In this document: in pieces, positions 47,877 to 61,355 of the stretch
Numbering within the stretch: position 1 is the stretch's first letter
How the letters are laid out: the number at the start of each line of letters is the position of its first letter
Assembly (NCBI GenBank): GCA_032718475.1
Contig: JAUCBJ010007937.1
Coordinates: 1-64,000, forward strand
From: Nemertoderma westbladi
Taxonomy: Eukaryota; Animalia; Xenacoelomorpha
DNA length: 64,000 nucleotides
Direction: 5' to 3'
Translations under genes and position numbers: made by a program
Notes under the pieces: generated by a model
The model's database searches: none
What the model saw: the letters and a program-made list of their open reading frames with translations, nothing else
What the model was told of the DNA's origin: nothing

Positions 47877-50800
47877 GTTTTTGTTAGTATTTCGTTACTA
47901 TACATGCGCCGAAACTGTAGATATTCTTCCGGCCTGCTCCCATCGAATTTGAATGGTTCCACGGGTGGTAACTCGATCCTCGTTTTCAACGCATCGATCA
48001 ACGTGGCCATCCCCATCGCCTGCGCTTCCAATGGATTCGATGGGTTCTGCATAGTTTCTCCTGTCTGGTGCGTTCCGTCTGTCCTATTTCTTGACTTTCT
48101 CTGGCTTGGGTATGTCATCGGGGGTAGCGGCCCCCTCCATATGTCTGTATCACACGATCTATTCTCATCCAAGGGTCTCGTTGTTCTTGCCCCTATCGGG
48201 GTATATTGTTGATATTGTGATGGGGGAATGTCACCCTGTCCCCCCCCCACCGGTATGTTTGGTACTGGGGTTGATGTTAATATGTTGGGGCCCATGCACC
48301 TATCCGCAATAATTCCCCCCTCCCCTGGGTATATGTTATGTCCCTGCATGCTGTAGTCATACTGCTGTGCTGGTACCGGTATAGGCCTATCAGCTTCTGG
48401 CCTACTCGCCGGTATGTATTCCGCGACTTCCGGGTTTAATCCCGTTGTCCACGCCATCCTATCGCCTACATTGCCTCTCTCAGTATGGCCTATGGTATGT
48501 GCAGTAAGGCCTACAGTATGTCCTACAGTCTGCATGTGTCGCTCGGGATCGAAGTTTATTCTTCTCGAATAATCCTCCCCGCGGCTACCGTATTCTCGAT
48601 CGATAGGTGTATTCCGTCGGAAAGTTTCTCTTCGACCCCCCTCTCTACTGTCCTCATCTTCGTACCGGTACATCGCGTACCCCTCTCTCGGCGCGTAGTG
48701 CGCCTCGCCGGGTCGCATCTCTCCGGGGCGACGGCAATCTCCCGGAGTCCGACCCCACTGACTCTCCGTTCTCATCTCAACTACCGACGGCTCGCTATCC
48801 ATCCTCGCTCTTCTATCGTTCGCGGCGATACCTCTACTACTCTTCTCTTCTTCTCCTTTCAGTGGAGTATTCCCGCTCGTGAGATCTCTCGTCGACCTCC
48901 CGGTTAAACCCCACTGTTCTTCTTCCCTCTTCTGATCGGGCTCGACGCTTCGTCCGCCCTCTTACGACGTCAACCTGTCTCTCTCTGCTCGGTCGCACGC
49001 CGCTGGGGATACTCGCAACCCCCCTATTACTTTCCGTCGCCGGTTGTTGCGGTTCACCTATTTCGGCCCGCGCACCATCCGCTGACGGCTGTGGGACACT
49101 CTCTGCCCCCCCCCCCCCCTTTCGCCGCTAACTCGCTGTTGTGGGGTTCTCGTAGCCCCCCCCCCCCCCCCCACTCGCCACATCTAACTTCGCTACTCCT
49201 CACCCCGCTACTATATCCCTCTCCAGTCGACACATCAAGCCTACCGCGGTCGGGTCTATTCACCCCCGCCTCTCCCTCTGCTATTGCGTGGCCTACCAGG
49301 CCCTCTACTCCCTGCCTACCAACTATGTGGCCTACCAGGCCCTCGCTGGGTCTACCTAACCCAGCCACTCCCTGCCTACCAACTACGTGGCCTACCAGGC
49401 CCTCGCTGGGTCTACCTAACCCAGCTATTCCCTGCCTACCAACTACGTGGCCTACCAGGCCCTCGCTGGGTCTACCTAACCCAGCTATTCCCTGCCTACC
49501 AACTACGTGGCCTACCAGGTCCTCGTCTGTCTGGCCACACACGCCCGACGTGTTTATATTAATAGCACCCGTATTGGAAACGGAATTAATTTGTTCGTTC
49601 GAAATAAAATCATTTGAATTATCTTGCGCGACTACACCATCTGAATTATTTTGTAAATTCGGGCTCGCTGAATTATTTAAGTTATTTAGATTATTTTGTG
49701 TTATTGCATTACTTAAATTATTTTCTAAGTTCGGATTTGGGTTATTACTTTGATTAATTGGATTATTTTGCGTAGCTACATTAATATTAGAATTATTTTC
49801 TACATTAATATTAGGAATGTTCTGATTTAAATTTAAATTACTACCACTAGGTAAAGTATTTCCTGCAATAAAGGTTTGATTAGAATTGTCCCATACGGTA
49901 CTATTAATATTAACCACGTCTACTGTACCATTATCATTATTACCCCCCCCCCCCCCCCCCGCCCGTACGGTCACACCAGTTTTGAGTCTGTCGTGCGGTC
50001 CCTGTAAGTGGGGTATTAATAAATGTATCCACGGCCCCCGGCTCCTCAAAAATACTCGAGCCAGCCTCGCTCTCAGACTCCCCCATTTGCGCCAGTTCCA
50101 CCTCACGCGCGTGTATAGCTTCATACTCTACGAGTTTGTCTCGCTGTTTCTCCAATTCTCTTCGCTCACGCTCCGCTTTTGCTATTTTATCCATAGCCTC
50201 CCTCTCGGTCTGCTTGGCCAATTCCATCTCTCTCCTAATCCCCTCCCTTCGCCTCGCCTCACGCGCTCTACGTTCACTCTCCTCCCTCACTTCACGCTCT
50301 CTGCGTTCACTTTTCTCCTTCGCTTCACGCTTCTCGCGTTCGCTTTTCTCTCTCGCCACACGCTCTTCTTGTTCCTTCAACTCTATTTCATCATACTCCC
50401 TGAGGCTCCTCACGGCCCTTTCGGCCCTCTCTCTTACCTCTCCAATCGACGCCATTTCCCTCTCCAGCAGCACTCTCCCTTCCTCTAGCCGTCTACCTAC
50501 TTCTCTATTACCTTGCACTGCTAGATTGAGACAGTACCTAGCGTCTATCTCTCTCACCCGTCTTTCTTTTGCGGAGGATGTAGCAGACTTATCGTTTGTG
50601 GAGGATTCCCTCCGCCTTCCCGATCTACTAGCTTTCCCCCTCCTCCCGGAACTCCCTCCGACCGACGAGACCGAATCCGCGGGGTCAGCCTCGGATTCGC
50701 CCTCCTCAGGTCTGTTCCAACCCACTAATTTTACTCCCCGGGCATCGACCAAGTATGGCCCTATGTACACTGACGCTACGCTAGGTTCCATACTCCCACA

Positions 50801-51466
50801 TTCCCATAGTTCAAATAGTTCGCTGGCAACCCCTTTTGCTCTCTCCTCGGCTAGTTCTCTCTGCCCAAAACGCATTAGGTAATTAAAGTGTCTATCCGAA
50901 TCACCTAGTCGTTTCCTCAGTCTCACCTCGTCTATCGTTTTCCCTTTTCTGGCCTCCTCTAGTAGTCTCCGGGTCGCGTTGTAGGCCCGTCGAAGTTGCT
51001 CAGAAACCCCGACGTCCTCGTCGCCGACCTCTCGTCCGTCTCTCCGGGTTCGACGTCGTACCGGCGGCCCCACCGTCGCCGTTTCGGCGGGCCGCTCGTC
51101 GCCCTCGGCCTGTGGCTGGCCGGCGGCATCGGTACCGATATCTCGTTCGCCTCTCTGCGTCCGGGGCCGCACCGTCGGCCCCACCTTCGCCGTTTCGGCG
51201 GGCCGCTCGTCGCCCTCGGCCTGTGGCTGGCCGGCGACACCGGTGCGTCGACCCCCGTCCCGTGTCGACTCGTCTCCGTCTCCCTCCGTCCCGCTCTCTC
51301 TTTCTCTCGGTTCGAGCTCGGGTTCCAGGCCCCCCTCGTCCTGAACTGCCGGATGACCCGTTACCGATGGGTCCGGCGTTGTGGGCCTGTATCGCCTGGT
51401 TGCGGCCTCGCGGATCGTTAGGTCTTCGTCTGGGGTCCGCGTCGGTGTCTCGCCCGATTGACTCAT
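47873..51466 (-). CDS. N-terminal Gag region of element C, split into several frames at homopolymer runs
   Basis: ATG at 51466 just after the 5' LTR; charged coiled coil, Asn-rich block, 60-bp repeats, then IELPPVEPFKFDG gag motif. Frame breaks coincide with long C runs (~49950, 49105-49172) and an A run (47880). Confidence 0.7.
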
Positions 51467-51526
51467 CTCGCTGGTGATTGGTGGCTGATGGTTTGGCTAG
51501 CTAGGGCAGCGGTTGGTTTTAGTTAC

Positions 51527-52056
51527 TGTGACGGGATCCAGGAGGGATCCCGATTTATCCGGTATTTAGTTCACGCGTCCCCGCCGTGTATAAAGAGTGA
51601 ATGAAAGTGAAATGAGTTCTGAAGTTCGGTGTATAATAATAGAGGTATAAGATATAGATATATTGTATAGTATATGGAAGGCGGGATACGGTAACTAAAA
51701 GTCCCGTGCTCCCCTATCTAAACTAATTAACCTATGCTAGCACTACTGCACTGAGATAACTGAATTACTGATATTGGGTTATTGGTTATATTGCACGGTT
51801 GGCCTGATTACTACCTAATCGATGCCTTGCCCCCCTCTGATTGGTTGATACCCTTGTTGGCGCCCTTTGGAGTGTTCCCGTTCACTCCACCTATTCTCTC
51901 TGGGTTAGGGGTTTGGCCCCTGACCCTCTATTGTGTGCTTCCTTCCCATTCTTATTGGGATGGCACGAGTTGGTTAATTATCCAATCTCGTGGCTCCCAA
52001 TATTGCTTATCGGCTTATAACTTTATGGGGTGTTAGCGGGATTGAATAAGCTAACA
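51527..52056 (-). repeat. 5' LTR of element C
   Basis: Direct repeat of 38681-39210. Confidence 0.95.
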
Positions 52057-52150
52057 TTAATACTATATGTTGACGGAGTATAATATATCTTACATATCTT
52101 TGGAACTTAGGCAATATAAACTAGTAGACGCCTTATGGTTCCTTATGGAC

Positions 52151-54581
52151 TGATGATGATGATCGGCTTGCACTAGGGTGCAGTGCCGGCGGCCCCAGAA
52201 ACATAGCGCCCCCAGATCTTGCGGTCAGCCATACAATTTCCTAATTCATTCCTGTTCTCAAGTCCTGTGTCCTTGAGCAGGCGTTTGAGGAAAGTCATTG
52301 GCTGTCCACCACGTCTATTCTCGCCAGCAGGCTGCCACAGCACAAGGTTGTGTACAGGTTGATCCTGCCGGCGGAAACAGTGCCCAGCAAGCATTAGACG
52401 GCGTTTCTGCAGGGTGATGCTAGGTCTTGGCAATGAGATGTTACCATATTTATATAACACCTCATTGCTTATGTGTGCATCATATGCTATGTTGTGCACC
52501 CGGCGAAGCATCCTGGTGTATGTGCCATCCAAGGACCTGGTGTCTTCAGCAGTTAGAGCCCAGCATGGGCTGCCATAGAGCAGCACAGGCTCCACTGCTG
52601 CACGGAAAAGGCGTACCTTTAAAGAGCATGAGATGTCAGAGCTCTTCCAGATCCTGGATAGCTTGTGGATGGCGGACCAGGCTTTCCCTTTGCGAATTCG
52701 GAGATCTTCAGCAGACCTCCGAACCCATGATCCAAGGTAGCAGAAGTCGTTCACATGACTTACCAGTCCATCCAGCGATTGAATGTTATCCCGATCAATT
52801 TTCTGCTGATCTGAATCCATGTTTACTGTCAGAATTTTGGTCTTTGTGCTATTCACAAAGAGGCCAACACTAGATGCAGCCTCCTCTAAGCTAGATAGCA
52901 GCTTCTGTGCTCCTTCTAATGTCTCTGACAGTAAACCAAGGTCATCTGCAAAGTCAAGGTCGGTTAGATGTTCTGCTGGGGAACCACGTCTACGGCTACC
53001 TGATGGTGGAGATATTTCCACCCCATCAGCTTCATGAAGATCGAGTGATGTCCGCAGCACATAGTCCACCACAATAATGAAGAGGAACGGGGCTAATGTG
53101 TCTCCTTGAAGGACACCCCAGAGAACCTCAAATGGGTCTGTGTCTCCATCAGTAGTGGATACAAAGGTCGTGGAACCGTCATATACTGATCTGATTGCAT
53201 TAATGATCTCATTGGGGATCCCATATGCCTGAAGAATTTGGAACATGCGTGGGCGTGACACGGAATCGAAGGCCTTGAAGAAATCCACAAATATGACAGC
53301 CAAATGTCTGTCTTTCTTTGTAGAAACCTCTTCAATAATCCTTCTAAGTGCCAGAATGGGTTCAAAGGTACCTCTACCTTTTCGAAACCCATTTTGATTC
53401 CCACGCAAGAGTCTTTCTACAGGATCCCTAATGCGATTCAGCATTATTCTGTTGAATAATTTAGCTGCAATTGAGATTAGACTAATTCCACGATATGAAC
53501 CAAAATAGGAGAGGTTGCCCTTCTTTGGAACGGGTGTTAGCCGATTAGTCTTCAGTTCTTGTGGTGCAATCTTAGTGCGGTACATTTCTGCTAGGATAGG
53601 GTGGGCTAGTTGAAGGCATTCTCTGATCTTAAAGACCTCGGGAGGCACATCATCAACACCAGATGCCCTATTGGTTTTAATGTCATTCGAAGCAGTTAAG
53701 ACCTCTTCGAATGTTATGTCACCAATTGGGATGTCTGAGAGTATTGTGTGTGACACAGGCTTTACAGTGAAATCGTCAGTCAGTTCTCGATCATTATTTA
53801 GCAATTTCTCGAAATGAGACTTCCAGCCTGCCAAGCGGTCGGCTGGAGAATCAGCCTTCACCTTGGCAGTTGGTCGGCTTTTTCTTCCAGAGAGCAGGTT
53901 GATTGCTTGCCAGGCTTCAGCAGATTTCCTGCTTTCGTCAGCAGCATTGATAGTATCAACCTGCTCGCTGATAAGCTTTGCTTTATTAATCGAGTATTGC
54001 TTGTTTAGAGATTTCACTGAAGCTTTCACTGCATTTTTTGCAGAAGTTGTACGTCGGCTACGATACTCTCTTTGGGCTTTGTTCAATGCCTCTCGCAGGT
54101 CTAGAATGCGCTGGTCTGCCCAGGGGATCTTCTTCAACTTCCGTGGCTTTAGAGGAACAGTTTTCTTTGCAGCTGACTTTACTGCTGCAGCAAACTGGGT
54201 ATATTTCTCACAGTGGTTCATTTCTTCATTTATGAGACTGGAATATCTATTTGTAACCTCAATTGTAAAGTTATCCTTTATAATGGGGTTTTTATCCAAG
54301 GTAGACCAGTCATGATGTGGGGTGGACTTTTTAAGACCCTTGTTTGCACGAAGGCTTAATTTGGTCTTTCCCATAACCAATCGATGGTCAGTCTGAAATG
54401 TCCGCACTGTGAGAGAAGAGCAGTCAATTATTGATCCTCTGTATTTCTTACGGAAGATGAGGTGGTCTATCTGGGACTTATGACCACTGGGTCCCACATG
54501 GGTGTACAGCTTTCCAGGTCGTTTTTGGAAATTTGTATTGGCCGAAAACAGCTCATTTGCCAGAATTTCTCATTTCCCAGA
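52151..54581 (-). mobile_element. 5'-truncated RTE-type LINE, copy 1 (ORF 52173-54497)
   Basis: End of AP endonuclease (IDHLI, TDHR), RT (QNGFR, GVLQGDT, FADD), (CAT)n tail. Confidence 0.9.
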
Positions 54582-54756
54582 ATATAATTTCTTACATTTA
54601 ATTATTGAAATATATTGGAGGGGAATCTCGACGAATTAACAATACCAATTATCAACATCACGTGACATACTATAGCACTTATTTCTTCTTAAAGATTGGC
54701 GAAACCTACAAAAAAGATTTCAATGAACAACGGACTTACCCTACCTACCCATTAGT

Positions 54757-56744
54757 CTGGCCAACTCGGTCGACTGAGTCCTAAACTTCGTCAGCAGGTG
54801 TTTCCACCCCTGAACGTCGACGCCCGACGGCCCAGCAGCGTTCCCCTTCATCCGGAGTAGGCTAGACAGTATTACTTCTCCGTCTATCCCCTCGAAGATG
54901 ACGCCGTGATGTTCAGGGGCGCCAGGATACTCTGCTGGGTCGATGAGTATGGACTCATCCGCTGGTTGAGCTGGTGGATGTTTGTCACGTAAAACATCTC
55001 TCACCGTCTTCGTGACGCCGTCTTTGTCGAGAAACGACTCCCCCAACTTCATTGGCGCCCCACGATTAGCCGCACTCAGACACCGTGTGGCTGCTGAGAT
55101 GTTGCCGCTCAACATGTGGCGGACGAATGCCTTCTGTAGAGCGACGGTTTGGGAGGCGGTCTGTCGAGGTTTGGGGAGATGGTATTGTATCGCCCGGGCC
55201 TCGACCATCAGTTCCTGGAACTGACCTCCCTGCCAGCTCACCAGCCGTCGCTGTAAAACACGCCGATGTGTCGCCGTTGTTGAGTTGCGGCTGGGCTTCT
55301 GTTGGAGTAAAGCCGGCAGCAACATCAACAACGTACCGGCGATGTCTCTCAGTGGATTGTCAGACACAGTTAGGGATATAAGACGGGTCATCTCAGGCAC
55401 TACCTGGCGACCCACCGCCCCCTGAGGCATCAAAAACAAATTCGATCGCCAGTGAACGATTTCATCGTATGTCTGGTTTATGGTGGAATAAAACTCAGAC
55501 TTTGGGAATCGTTTCATCCCCCAAGTAACTTCGCCGGTCTGGGACGTTGCTGTCGATGACGTGGTGGTAGAGGGGCCCGAGGATGACGAGATGGGAGTGG
55601 GGCCAACGGAACCCGACGATGACATGGTGGAGGTGGGGCCAACGGAACCCGACAATGACGTGGTGGTAGTGGGGCCCGAGGATGACGAGGTGGGAGTGGG
55701 GCCAACGGAACCCGATGATGACGTGGTGGGAGTGGGGCCAACGGAACCCGACGATGACGTGGTGGAAGTGGGATAAAACTCAGACTTTGGGAATCGTTTC
55801 ATCCCCCAAGTAACTTCGCCGGTCTGGGACGTTGCTGTCGATGACGTGGTGGTAGAGGGGCCCGAGGATGACGAGATGGGAGTGGGGCCAACGGAACCCG
55901 ACGATGACGTGGTGGAGGTGGGGCCAACGGAACCCGACAATGACGTGGTGGTAGTGGGGCCCGAGGATGACGAGGTGGGAGTGGGGCCAACGGAACCCGA
56001 TGATGACGTGGTGGGAGTGGGGCCAACGGAACCCGACGATGACGTGGTGGAAGTGGGGCCAACGGAACCCGACGATGACGTGGTGGGAGTGGGGCCAGCG
56101 GAACCCGACGATGTTGTTGTGGGGCCAATGGAACCCGACGATGACGTGGTGGAAGCAGGGCCAGCGGAACCCGACGATGTGGTTGTGGGGCCAACGGATC
56201 CCGACGATGTTGTTGTTGGGCCAGCGGAACCTGACGATGTTGTTGTGGGGCCAGCGGATCCCGACGATGTTGTTGTTGGGCCAGCGGAACCCGACGATGT
56301 TGTTGTGAGGCCAGCGGTACCCGACGATGTTGTTGTGGAGCCAACGGAACCCGACGATGACGATCCTATAGTTTGTAACGAGAGGGGGAGACAATCCCGT
56401 GGGGTTGAGGGGACCAGAGTCACGTCCAAGTCTACCAGTGTTGTGTCGTCATCACTGGTAGTGTCGCTGGCTAATGCCGATAATCGCCCCCCATCCTGGG
56501 AATAGAAGACGGGGGCCGAAACGTCGGGATTGTCATGCACTGGTAGCGGCTGCGACTGATGAAGCGCTCTGGTATCAGACAATACCGGTGCAACCGGTAT
56601 TTGTGTACCAGCTTGTCCCCTATTTCTACAATTATTTTTCCCCCCAGGGGCACAGTTTGTACATAACCTCCCCTGCCGTGCACAAACACACTTGGCGCAT
56701 CGCCCCGTTGTCGCATTACAGCTGCAACAAGCCGATCCCGACAT
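54757..56744 (-). pseudogene. 5' portion of a CRE-like non-LTR retrotransposon ORF, cut off just at the start of RT
   Basis: Cys-rich N-terminus, S/G/T/P repeat block, then WRSNLF..P.G..G, LLQQKPS, RRLVSW..G, KHPPAQPA, AAGPSGVD, which I recognise from metazoan CRE-clade elements. Confidence 0.65.
55490..56362. repeat. 30-36-bp coding tandem repeats with a ~288-bp higher-order duplication
   Basis: (GGGCCAACGGAACCCGACGATG...)n; 55485-55772 repeated at 55773-56060. Confidence 0.9.
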
Positions 56745-56949
56745 GTCCTCTATCCTCTATATTACATAATTATAATATGTTAATCTCAGGTATAAGCTCA
56801 ACCATCAAGTATCAGCAGATTTGGGCTGGGCTGGGCTAGGCCTACCTACCGGTACACTGCAGTACGGTACTATAATGGAATATACTATAAGTCTAAGTAA
56901 TGAAATTTCTTGTTAAACAATATGTATTTTATATATAATTTCTTACATT

Positions 56950-59379
56950 TGATGATGATGATCGGCTTGCACTAGGGTGCAGTGCCGGCGGCCCCAGAAA
57001 CATAGCGCCCCCAGATCTTGCGTCAGCCATACAATTTCCTAATTCATTCCTGTTCTCAAGTCCTGTGTCCTTGAGCAGGCGTTTGAGGAAAGTCATTGGC
57101 TGTCCACCACGTCTATTCTCGCCAGCAGGCTGCCACAGCACAAGGTTGTGTACAGGTTGATCCTGCCGGTGGAAACAGTGCCCAGCAAGCATTAGACGGC
57201 GTTTCTGCAGGGTGATGCTAGGTCTTGGCAATGAGATGTTACCATATTTATATAACACCTCATTGCTTATGTGTGCATCATATGCTATGTTGTGCACCCG
57301 GCGAAGCATCCTGGTGTATGTGCCATCCAAGGACCTGGTGTCTTCAGCAGTTAGAGCCCAGCATGTGCTGCCATAGAGCAGCACAGGCTCCACTGCTGCA
57401 CGGAAAAGGCGTACCTTTAAAGAGCATGAGATGTCAGAGCTCTTCCAGATCCTGGATAGCTTGTGGATGGCGGACCAGGCTTTCCCTCTGCGAATTCGGA
57501 GATCTTCAGCAGACCTCCGAACCCATGATCCAAGGTAGCAGAAGTCGTTCACATGACTTACCAGTCCATCCAGCGATTGAATGTTATCCCGATCAATTTT
57601 CTGCTGATCTGAATCCATGTTTACTGTCAGAATTTTGGTCTTTGTGCTATTCACAAAGAGGCCAACACTAGATGCAGCCTCCTCTAAGCTAGATAGCAGC
57701 TTCTGTGCTCCTTCTAATGTCTCTGACAGTAAACCAAGGTCATCTGCAAAGTCAAGGTCGGTTAGATGTTCTGCTGGGGAACCACGTCTACGGCTACCTG
57801 ATGGTGGAGATATTTCCACCCCATCAGCTTCATGAAGATCGAGTGATGTCCGCAGCACATAGTCCACCACAATAATGAAGAGGAACGGGGCTAATGTGTC
57901 TCCTTGAAGGACACCCCAGAGAACCTCAAATGGGCCTGTGTCTCCATCAGTAGTGGATACAAAGGTCGTGGAACCGTCATATACTGATCTGATTGCATTA
58001 ATGATCTCATTGGGGATCCCATATGCCTGAAGAATTTGGAACATGCGTGGGCGTGACACGGAATCGAAGGCCTTGAAGAAATCCACAAATATGACAGCCA
58101 AATGTCTGTCTTTCTTTGTAGAAACCTCTTCAATAATCCTTCTAAGTGCCAGAATGGGTTCAAAGGTACCTCTACCTTTTCGAAACCCATTTTGATTCCC
58201 ACGCAAGAGTCTTTCTACAGGATCCCTAATGCGATTCAGCATTATTCTGTTGAATAATTTAGCTGCAATTGAGATTAGACTAATTCCACGACATGAACCA
58301 AAATAGGAGACGTTGCCCTTCTTTGGAACGGGTGTAAGCCGATTAGTCTTCAGTTCTTGTGGTGCAATCTTAGTGCGGTACATTTCTGCTAGGATAGGGT
58401 GGGCTAGTTGAAGGCATTCTCTGATCTTAAAGACCTCGGGAGGCACATCATCAACACCAGATGCCCTATTGGTTTTAATGTCATTCGAAGCAGTTAAGAC
58501 CTCTTCGAATGTTATGTCACCAATTTGGATGTCTGAGAGTATTGTGTGTGACACAGGCTTTACAGTGAAATCGTCAGTCAGTTCTCGATCATTATTTAGC
58601 AATTTCTCGAAATGAGACTTCCAGCCTGCCAAGCGGTCGGCTGGAGAATCAGCCTTCACCTTGGCAGTTGGTCGGCTTTTTCTTCCAGAGAGCAGGTTGA
58701 TTGCTTGCCAGGCTTCAGCAGATTTCCTGCTTTCGTCAGCAGCATTGATAGTATCAACCTGCTCGCTGATAAGCTTTGCTTTATTAATCGAGTATTGCTT
58801 GTTTAGAGATTTCACTGAAGCTTTCACTGCATTTTTTGCAGAAGTTGTACGTCGGCTACGATACTCTCTTTGGGCTTTGTTCAATGCCTCTCGCAGGTCT
58901 AGAATGCGCTGGTCTGCCCAGGGGATCTTCTTCAACTTCCGTGGCTTTAGAGGAACAGTTTTCTTTGCAGCTGACTTTACTGCTGCAGCAAACTGGGTAT
59001 ATTTCTCACAGTGGTTCATTTCTTCATTTATGAGACTGGAATATCTATTTGTAACCTCAATTGTAAAGTTATCCTTTATAATGGGGTTTTTATCCAAGGT
59101 AGACCAGTCATGATGTGGGGTGGACTTTTTAAGACCCTTGTTTGCACGAAGGCTTAATTTGGTCTTTCCCATAACCAATCGATGGTCAGTCTGAAATGTC
59201 CGCACTGTGAGAGAAGAGCAGTCAATTATTGATCCTCTGTATTTCTTACGGAAGATGAGGTGGTCTATCTGGGACTTATGACCACTGGGTCCCACATGGG
59301 TGTACAGCTTTCCAGGTCGTTTTTGGAAATTTGTATTGGCCGAAAACAGCTCATTTGCCAGAATTTCTCATTTCCCAGA
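56950..59379 (-). mobile_element. 5'-truncated RTE-type LINE, copy 2, with TSD
   Basis: Near-identical to copy 1; 18-bp TSD ATATAATTTCTTACATTT (56933-56950 / 59380-59397); 1-bp frameshift near the C-terminus. Confidence 0.9.
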
Positions 59380-59636
59380 ATATAATTTCTTACATTTAAT
59401 TATTGAAATATATTGGAGGGGAATCTCGACGAATTAACAATACCAATTATCAACATCACGTGACATACTATAGCACTTATTTCTTCTTAAAGATTGGCGA
59501 AACCTACAAAAAAGATTTCAATGAACAACGGACTTACCCTACCTACCCATTAGTACTCCATACATCAAGAAGTCTGTGCACATCTGTACACTCAACCAGA
59601 AAACCACATACATATTACACACCAGGGGTTATAATA

Positions 59637-61355
59637 ATATGTGACGTGTCAAGTAGAAACGTATGTTATCAGAAAAATCGAATATTTTTATGGTCGATTC
59701 TGGTAGAGAATTTGTCGGCCTATCTAGTGGTATATAACACTTATCTTCTATCATTTTCCATTTTGGAGTAATTTTACGAAAACTAAAGGGTAATCGTTCA
59801 TAATTTATTCAAAATGAGTTCACAGTTCAAAACGACACCAGATATTCATTCATATTTCTGTCTGTCGGTCTGTTTGTATGTCAAACATTAAGAATACAGG
59901 CTAACTAAAATTCTCGCTATAGAGGTTTTTTGGGTTCGTGATTTCATTTCCGATGTCCTTTTTTCACATTTCACGTAACATAGACTGTCTGTCCGTCTTT
60001 TTGTCAGACTGTCTGTCAAACATTAAAAAAATATACAAACTAAAATTCTCGCTAAAGAGGTTTTCCGGGTTCGTGATTTCATTTCCGATATAAATTTTCA
60101 CAATTCATGGAATCTATACAGCCTGTCCGCCCGTCTGTCTGTCCGTATTTTTGTCAAACTGTCCGTCATACATCCGTCAAACATACAAACTCACTAAAAT
60201 TCTCGCTATGGGGGTTTCTTGGGTTCGTGATTTCATTTCTGATATCAGTTTTCAAATTTCACGAAATCTAGATTGTCTGACTAGACCGTCTGCCAATCTG
60301 TCTGTCATTAGATATTTGCTGCGAACAAAGGATTGCGTCTACGTGGTTTAAATCAAAATTTTCGGATTCCTCGTAAAATTTTGAGTGGGAAACTGTCGTT
60401 CTAGCACATAGGGTCTTAAGGAGAAAAATAAACATATAATAAAACACTAAAACAATAAAACACCATTATAAACACAATTATTCAACATAAATACAAAACA
60501 TTTAATTTAATTTAGTTTAAAATTGATTTATTTAATATTGTAGAAATGAAAAATAAAACACCATTTTGGTAAAAAATATGTTAAAAATACGAAATTAATA
60601 ATTAATAAAATAATAAAAAATACGAAATTCTTTTATGATCTATTATGATGCACCATTGAATGGTGTTTCCAAATCTGAAAACCGCTATTTATTAGCTCTT
60701 TTAGTTTTCAAGTTAAAACAATTTCCATTTATGGAATCCTATTGAAATTACTATTACTATGTATAATGAAAGGTCGATTATCTCCAAATAATTTTTTTAT
60801 GTAATTAACCCTACTACGTCTACAATTTTTGAGCAATTAGTCTGAAACTTTCTGTGGGTGTCTACGTAGCCACCCTGCATAATAGTATCAGACAACTTTC
60901 GAAATTATTTGTTAATAAAATTTAATACTATTTATAACAAACCTAAATATTTAGCATAAATTTGCAGCGCCACCTAGCGGTGCAGAATTATTTCACAAAA
61001 TTTCGCCTGATAGTTATGTTGCCCCATCTTTTATCTATCATATAAAAAAATTTTCATGTGATTTAGATTCAAAACTGTAAAAGCCTTAGGGTTTTAAGCG
61101 CAACAAAGTTTTTTTTTGTTGTTAACTAGTATTAACTAATATTAAATAGCGAAAAATAAAAATTTTCTAACCTGTCATGTAGAATGCATCTTAAGTACCT
61201 ATATGCCAGATTATAGCCAAAACCATACAATTTTGAAACGCTGAGAGTGATAAATCGAAGAGTTGTACGAAAATGGTGTACCCCCCCTTAAATGTGTTTT
61301 TCTCAGAACGCTTTTTTTTTTGATACTATACGTTTCTACTTGACACGCCACATAT
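59637..61355. mobile_element. Non-autonomous TIR DNA element, unclassified, with internal repeats
   Basis: 28-bp inverted repeats ATATGTGACGTGTCAAGTAGAAACGTAT / ATACGTTTCTACTTGACACGCCACATAT; three ~140-bp internal subrepeats (59905, 60040, 60195); no transposase ORF. Confidence 0.65.

Larger units (their letters stand above)
38681..52056 (-). mobile_element. Full-length BEL/Pao LTR retrotransposon C (13.4 kb) with an accessory ORF
   Basis: 530-bp LTRs 51527-52056 (5') and 38681-39210 (3') with three mismatches noticed, TG...CA termini, TSD TTAAT (38676-38680 / 52057-52061), PPT at 39211-39219. Confidence 0.96.

Noticed and set aside
47868-47890. Programmed -1 frameshift in element C gag
   Set aside because: ACA AAA ACT TGA is not an in-register slippery heptamer and lies inside the gag core; one missing A (mutation or sequencing error) explains it.
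39980-51477. Many + strand ORFs over element C (and similar antisense ORFs over A, B and the LINEs)
   Set aside because: Antisense shadows of the real coding frames, with no motifs.
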